From Minisyncoccota bacterium (lineage in GTDB: Bacteria; Patescibacteriota; Minisyncoccia; UBA6257; 02-FULL-45-10c), in assembly GCA_028716745.1 (NCBI GenBank), contig JAQUPE010000003.1, positions 3,779-67,778 on the forward strand: 64,000 bases of DNA, given 5' to 3'. The position numbers and the translations under genes were made by a program. Positions 59,564 to 64,000 of the stretch are shown one piece after another; the stretch's first letter is position 1; each line of letters opens with the position of its first letter. The notes under the pieces are model-generated. The model was given only the letters and a program-made list of their open reading frames with translations, ran no database searches and had not been told where the DNA came from.

Positions 59564-60352
59564 ATGAATTATAAAAGACTATTAGTTTTAACGATTGGCG
59601 CGGTGTTTTCCGCAAACGTTGTTTTGCCGACATTGGCATTTGCCGATCCCTCGGCCACAACGACTTCGGGAGATTCTGTTAAGGCCAGTTTTTGTGCAAA
59701 ATTAACGGCGTCAGAAGAGAAGACAAATCAGAAATTAGCGGAACGAGCTGCGGTTCAGGAAAAGAAACAACAGGATCGTTTGGCTAAATTTAAAGAAGTT
59801 CGCGAGGGAGTTGATAATATGAGAAATATCCGCCGTGCGTGGTGGGATGAAAATAGGACCAGTGCTTTTACTAAAATAGAAAAGAGAGCGAAGACTGATT
59901 CTGAAAAGGCAGCAGCGGCAGCTTTTAAGATAGCAGCGGAAGCGGCTGTTGCGGCGCGCAAAACTTCCGTTGATGCGGCAGTTAGCGCTTATCGTACGGG
60001 AGTTGATCAGCTCGTTGCTGAAAGAAAAACAGCGATAGTGGCTGCGATATCAAATTTTGCGACTTCGGTAAAAACTGTTATTGATAAGGCAAAGGCAGAT
60101 TGCGCTTCGGGGGCTGATTCAAAAACTGTTAAGAAAGAAATGAAAGCATCATTGAAAGATGTTAGAAATAAATTAGAAAGCGATAGAAAGGCGATTGAAA
60201 AAGTTGGAATTTCTGCAAAGGATTTATCCGTAATTAAAAAAGCCGCTTTTACAAAAGCCGCTGAAGATTTTAAAGCAGCAATTGAAAAAGCCAGAGCAAC
60301 GCTGATGTCTGCATTTGGCAATAAAGAAAAAGCCACAACCACTTCTCAGTAA
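59564..60352 (+). CDS. Secreted Ala/Lys-rich coiled-coil protein
   Basis: Signal peptide ending in LAFA; helical A/K-rich body. Confidence 0.7.
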   Translation: MNYKRLLVLTIGAVFSANVVLPTLAFADPSATTTSGDSVKASFCAKLTASEEKTNQKLAERAAVQEKKQQDRLAKFKEVREGVDNMRNIRRAWWDENRTSAFTKIEKRAKTDSEKAAAAAFKIAAEAAVAARKTSVDAAVSAYRTGVDQLVAERKTAIVAAISNFATSVKTVIDKAKADCASGADSKTVKKEMKASLKDVRNKLESDRKAIEKVGISAKDLSVIKKAAFTKAAEDFKAAIEKARATLMSAFGNKEKATTTSQ

Positions 60353-60362
60353 AAAGCATTAG

Positions 60363-60396
60363 AAATAAAAACAACCCATATGGGTTGTTTTTATTT
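60363..60396. terminator. Bidirectional terminator (perfect 34-bp palindrome)
   Basis: AAATAAAAACAACCCATATGGGTTGTTTTTATTT between the convergent CDS and tRNA-Gly. Confidence 0.75.
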
Positions 60397-60471
60397 TGGA
60401 GCGGGTAACGGGAGTCGAACCCGTGTCTTCAGGTTGGAAACCTAACATAATAGCCGTTATACGATACCCGC
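60397..60471 (-). tRNA. tRNA-Gly(TCC)
   Basis: Minus strand GCGGGTA...TTAGG-TTTCCAA-CCTGA...GGTTCGACTCC...TACCCGC-T-CCA cloverleaf; CCA encoded. Confidence 0.93.
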
Positions 60472-60560
60472 CTTCGCTGAGGCTTCGGCGGGCAAGCCCG
60501 CCATCATCGTTAAAGCCTTTGCGGGGCAAGCCCGCCATAATCATTAGAGCTCTTGCGGGA
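60467..60560. repeat. Three tandem REP-like palindromic units
   Basis: CCCGCC-N14-18-GCGGG units at 60467, 60497 and 60531, the first two ending in CAAG; loops are mutually similar. Confidence 0.7.
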
Positions 60561-60614
60561 CTGGTCCGCTTCAATATTTGATTTAAAAAGCTCTCATATC
60601 TATAATAAATTTAA

Positions 60615-61238
60615 ATGAAAATTGGTCAAGTGCGGGTAAATAAATTTGGGGTTGCTGCTATGGCATTTGCCGCTCTGGCGATTTTGGGAACCAGCGCCTA
60701 TTTTATAGTCAATAGTTTTTCAGAAGACTCTTTTGTTTCCGAAGCTTTTATTGATGCCAGAAAAGAAGCTTCCTTTATGGCATTTCAAATTAATTATTTA
60801 ACAGAGAAATCTCTTGAGGTGTTAAGCCGTATTTCTGAGGCTGACAGGAAATATAATTTTTCCAGAGCGCTGGAGCTGGTTCATGAAGAGCAAGACGATA
60901 TTAAAGAAATTAGAGAAAAATCAATTTCATTAACAAAAGAATTGGATAATATGACAAGAGAGGTTTCAATCATCAGGCCGGAGAAGGCCCGTAACTTAGC
61001 CATCTCTGCAATAAGCGAAGAAATTTCTCTTATCAATCATTTAGTTAATTACAATGCTTTTTTTGGCGGGCTGCTGGAAACTTTAAAGTTTAAATTTTCC
61101 GGAGATATCAGATATGATTCTTCGGATGTACAGGATTTGGTTAATAATATGAATAAAGAGGTAGCGGAAGTAAACAGATTAAATAAAACTTTTGGAGAGA
61201 AGCTTGCGGAATTTGATAAGCTGACGGAAAAGCCGTAA
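60615..61238 (+). CDS. Membrane-anchored helical hypothetical protein
   Basis: Single N-terminal TM helix, coiled-coil body; TATAAT at 60601. Confidence 0.7.
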   Translation: MKIGQVRVNKFGVAAMAFAALAILGTSAYFIVNSFSEDSFVSEAFIDARKEASFMAFQINYLTEKSLEVLSRISEADRKYNFSRALELVHEEQDDIKEIREKSISLTKELDNMTREVSIIRPEKARNLAISAISEEISLINHLVNYNAFFGGLLETLKFKFSGDIRYDSSDVQDLVNNMNKEVAEVNRLNKTFGEKLAEFDKLTEKP

Positions 61239-61274
61239 AAATATTTTTATCAGTTAAATTTTTAGGAAATAAAA

Positions 61275-61418
61275 AAAGCCCTTTTTTGATGGCAGATTTA
61301 AACCTGAAAGCAATTTATATTGCGAATATTGTTCTTTGGACCAAGAAGTCACATTTTTGGTTTACAAGAAGAACTGTTGAGGTTTGAAATAAAAATTTTG
61401 CCGTGAAAACAGGGCTTT
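61275..61418 (+). ncRNA. Candidate rod-shaped structured RNA (6S-like?)
   Basis: Nested complementary segments forming one long irregular hairpin; mismatches resolve as G-U pairs on the + strand. Confidence 0.4.
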
Positions 61419-61507
61419 GGATAACTGGATATGTGAAGGTACTATAAGATAATAATAAAACAACCAATTTTAGGGTCAAAAAGAAAATTGGGGATAACTA
61501 TATTTTG

Positions 61508-61579
61508 TCGGGGTGCTGGGAATTGAACCCAGTCTACCTGCTCCCAAAGCAGGCGTACTAGCCGGTATACGACACCCCG
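61508..61579 (-). tRNA. tRNA-Pro(TGG)
   Basis: Minus strand CGGGGTG...CCTGC-TTTGGGA-GCAGG...GGTTCAATTCC...CACCCCG-A. Confidence 0.92.
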
Positions 61580-61674
61580 AATTGAAATTATCGCAATAAA
61601 ATAATATTATAGAACTGTTACTCGATTAACAAGCCCCTATAATCGCCTGGATAGAAAGTTTAATAAATAATCTT

Positions 61675-61746
61675 GTCCCCATAGTTCAATGGATAGAACG
61701 CTAGCCTTCTAAGCTGGACATTGAGGTTCGATTCCTCATGGGGACA
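61675..61746 (+). tRNA. tRNA-Arg(TCT)
   Basis: GTCCCCA...CTAGC-CTTCTAA-GCTGG...GGTTCGATTCC...TGGGGAC-A. Confidence 0.92.
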
Positions 61747-61836
61747 CATATGCGGACTTTCTGATTATTGGCAGAAAGAGACGGCAGGAAACAGAAATTG
61801 CTAAAGTGGTGATTTTTGTTAGAATTAAAAATATTT

Positions 61837-61908
61837 GCCGCGGTAGCTCAGTGGTAGAGCGCAGCCCTGAAGAGGCTGGCGTCGAGTGTTCGATTCACTC
61901 CCGCGGCA
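61837..61908 (+). tRNA. tRNA-Phe(GAA)
   Basis: GCCGCGG-TAGCTCAGTGGTAGAGC...CAGCC-CTGAAGA-GGCTG...GTTCGATTC...CCGCGGC-A. Confidence 0.93.
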
Positions 61909-61929
61909 CAGCATAATTAAATAAATTAT

Positions 61930-62343
61930 ATGATTAGAAAAATAAATAAATTTTTTGATAAGCTTGAGGATAAAATTCGGGCCAGCTTGAGCCGTTACCC
62001 GATACTTTATGCAATTATCGGCGGCGTGGGCATTGTGCTTTTTTGGCGAGGGATTTGGCATACGGCCGATTTATATCCGTTTATGACAGGTCCGGTCTCC
62101 ATAGTTATAAGCATGATTATTCTTTTGGCGACAGGATTATTCGTATCTTTTTTTATAGGAGACAGAATTTATCTTTCCGGATTGAAACAGGAAAAGAAAT
62201 TATTTGAAAAAACAGAAAAAGAAATAGAAGAAATAGAGGCAATAGAAAAAGAACATAGCGGACTAGATAAATCGATGAATGAAATAAAGACCAAGCTTGA
62301 AAAAATAGAAGCCGAGATAAAAGAATTAAAAGAGAGGAAATAA
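61930..62343 (+). CDS. Small two-TM membrane protein with C-terminal coiled coil
   Basis: PILYAIIGGVGIVLFWRGIWH; charged heptad tail. Confidence 0.75.
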   Translation: MIRKINKFFDKLEDKIRASLSRYPILYAIIGGVGIVLFWRGIWHTADLYPFMTGPVSIVISMIILLATGLFVSFFIGDRIYLSGLKQEKKLFEKTEKEIEEIEAIEKEHSGLDKSMNEIKTKLEKIEAEIKELKERK

Positions 62344-62368
62344 ATTTTGTTTTTTTAAATTGTTTTTC

Positions 62369-62439
62369 GGGCCTATAGTAAAGTGGTATTACGCGGCATT
62401 CGCATTGCTGAGGCGGGAGTTCGATTCTCCCTAGGTCCA
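62369..62439 (+). tRNA. tRNA-Ala(CGC)
   Basis: GGGCCTA/TAGGTCC acceptor stem with G3-U70; CGGCA-TTCGCAT-TGCTG anticodon arm; GTTCGATTC T-loop. Confidence 0.9.
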
Positions 62440-62464
62440 CACGCACAAAAACTTTAATTTAAAA

Positions 62465-62541
62465 ATTGCCGAGGCTTATTCGTTTTTGGCGGGCGGGAGT
62501 TCCCCTCCAAAGGCGGGCAGGGAATCTCTCTAGTTCCACCA
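62465..62541 (+). pseudogene. Degenerate copy of the tRNA-Ala 3' half, split by two 19-nt insertions
   Basis: ATTGCCGAGGC|19|GGGAGTTC|19|GAATCTCTCTAGTTCCACCA versus tRNA ATTGCTGAGGCGGGAGTTCGATTCTCCCTAGGTCCAC. Confidence 0.65.
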
Positions 62542-62603
62542 AATTTTTTTGGAGGAGGAGGGGGGTTGCCAAGGGTCTGGGGGCAGGCTTATACTCCCAG
62601 CCT

Positions 62604-62861
62604 ATGATATACGTTGTTTATTATCTCGTGGGGGTATTAGCGGACTTTTTAGTCACCCTCAATTATAGGTACATATCCCTTAATAAGATTAATCCGGCCG
62701 TTATAACGTCTTTTTTGTTTACGGTTATTAATATGCTTGCGCTTTATAACATCCTTAATCGTTTGGACGATGAAAGGAGCTTTGTCGCGATAATTATTTA
62801 TTCTTTAGGAATTGCTACGGGAACGTTTTTGGCGATGAAGTTTAAGCTGGAGCAGAAATAA
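62604..62861 (+). CDS. Small membrane protein (DUF5698-like)
   Basis: Three hydrophobic segments, YSLGIATGTFLAM; start reassigned to ATG 62604 after TTGCCA-18-TATACT. Confidence 0.65.
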   Translation: MIYVVYYLVGVLADFLVTLNYRYISLNKINPAVITSFLFTVINMLALYNILNRLDDERSFVAIIIYSLGIATGTFLAMKFKLEQK

Positions 62862-62892
62862 AATCGCCCCTTTTTTATCAAGGGCGGTTTTT
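62860..62892 (+). terminator. Intrinsic terminator
   Basis: AAAATCGCCC...GGGCGGTTTT stem with T-run. Confidence 0.6.
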
Positions 62893-62931
62893 AATTTCTA
62901 TAAAATAAGGAAAGGTACTAAACTTATATTG

Positions 62932-64000
62932 ATGACTGCTGCCAAAAAAGTATTCCTTTTAATTCCAATTTGCCTTCTGATTTTTTACGGCCTTTTTCTT
63001 ACTCATAAGATAAATCTGGTAACGGCGGATCTGGGACGGCATTTAAAAAATGGAGAGATGATTATGGGCGGCGAATTCCCCGTTCTTAAAACGAATTTTT
63101 ATTCTTTTTCTCAGCCTGAATTTTCGACGACAAATCATCACTGGCTGAGCGGAGCGTTGTTTTTCATTACTTATAAAATTTCCGGCTTTGCGGGGCTTTC
63201 GGCATTTTTTACGTTCATTAGTTTTATTACATTTTTATTATTTTTCTTAATAGCCCGCAAAAAGGCGGGGATAGGGGTTGCGGGGCTGATTTCTTTATTG
63301 ATTATTCCCTTGCTGGCATCAAGAACGGAAATTAGGCCAGAGGCATTGAGCTATCTGCTGGCAGGGATTTTTCTTTATATATTATGGGGGGTTAGGGATA
63401 AAATAATTTCATCGCGCTGGCTTTTTACTTTACCGGCTTTGCAGATTTTTTGGGTTAATTTTCATATTTACTTTTTTATGGGGATTTTATTGATAGGAAT
63501 TTTCTGGCTGGAAAGCTTGATAAATAAGGAATTAAAAAAAGAATTATTCAAACGATTTTCACTGATATTAGTTTTGTCCGGCATTGCGTGCTTGATAAAC
63601 CCTTTTGGAATTTATGGAGCACTGGCTCCGCTGACGATTTTTCAGGATTACGGATATAAATTAGTTGAGAACCAGTCCGTGCCATTTATGATAAATTACA
63701 CGGGTCAATTTGGAGGATATCTTTTATTTATTATTGTTTCTGTATTGGCGGTTGCCAGTTTTATTTGGGCATTTATTAAAAAAAGAAGCAGTTTTTTGAT
63801 AGTTAATTTTTTATTGATGATTATTTTTGGAGGCATGGCCTGGTTTGCGATTCGCAATATCGCTTTGTTCGGACTTTTTGTTTTGCCGGTTTTGGCGGCG
63901 AATATAAGCTATATTTTCGGCAAGCAAATTCAAGACTATAATTTTCCTTTAAAAATATCGTCTTTGGCGGCGATAGCGGTAATTTTTATTGCGGCTGTTT
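62932..64000 (+). CDS. Multi-TM GT-C-like membrane protein, 3'-partial (absent from the ORF track)
   Basis: Manual translation MTAAKKVFLLIP...ADLGRHLKNGE...NFYSF...NHHWLS...RPEALS...WVNFHIYF...INPFG; frame open to the window end. Confidence 0.75.
   Translation, partial: MTAAKKVFLLIPICLLIFYGLFLTHKINLVTADLGRHLKNGEMIMGGEFPVLKTNFYSFSQPEFSTTNHHWLSGALFFITYKISGFAGLSAFFTFISFITFLLFFLIARKKAGIGVAGLISLLIIPLLASRTEIRPEALSYLLAGIFLYILWGVRDKIISSRWLFTLPALQIFWVNFHIYFFMGILLIGIFWLESLINKELKKELFKRFSLILVLSGIACLINPFGIYGALAPLTIFQDYGYKLVENQSVPFMINYTGQFGGYLLFIIVSVLAVASFIWAFIKKRSSFLIVNFLLMIIFGGMAWFAIRNIALFGLFVLPVLAANISYIFGKQIQDYNFPLKISSLAAIAVIFIAAV

Noticed and set aside
60467-60560. Possible mini CRISPR array
   Set aside because: The would-be spacers are 14-18 nt and similar to each other, the repeats are about 15 nt, and no cas genes are present.
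60359-60581. Small ORFs 60359-60574 and 60396-60581 (likewise 61825-62061 and 62153-62446)
   Set aside because: They overlap tRNA genes; spurious translations.
61416-61498. DnaA-box-like TTTGGATAA and TGGGGATAA (possible oriC)
   Set aside because: Only two imperfect boxes, no dnaA/dnaN nearby, and no skew data available.
1-64000. Alternative genetic code, transposases, integrases, prophage genes
   Set aside because: TGA acts as a normal stop (e.g. 43649, 15197) with full-length proteins; no mobile-element or phage proteins were recognised.

Overview
AT-rich, very compact bacterial chromosome segment using genetic code 11. Gene style (short or absent leaders, genes abutting or overlapping, a giant Ser/Thr-rich surface protein) suggests Patescibacteria/CPR (Parcubacteria-like); this is inference only. 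Bases 1-2353 are the 3' end of a large S-layer-like surface protein gene. It is followed by a ~53 kb surface-glycan locus (3.2-56.5 kb) with 8 GT4, 3 GT2 and 3 ArnT/PMT-like GT-C glycosyltransferases, 4 cobalamin-binding radical SAM enzymes, 5 class I methyltransferases and 2 DegT aminotransferases. The locus also holds a nonulosonic-acid-type block (NeuB, 2 SpsF, DUF4910, formyltransferase, GNAT, 2 Gfo/Idh/MocA), an AsnB amidotransferase fused to a GT-like domain next to a free paralog of that domain, 2 Wzx flippases, an O-antigen-ligase/TPR protein and a priming sugar transferase. The right end carries redox genes (DsbA-like, glutaredoxin, TrxB), PduO, five tRNAs (Gly, Pro, Arg, Phe, Ala), a candidate rod-shaped ncRNA, short palindromic repeats at tRNA genes, a degenerate tRNA-Ala 3' copy, and the start of another GT-C-like gene. 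The leading candidate for a new system is a surface/S-layer glycosylation locus whose glycan is tailored by B12-dependent radical SAM enzymes and a modified nonulosonate pathway. All functional calls rest on motif recognition by eye; no database searches were run.
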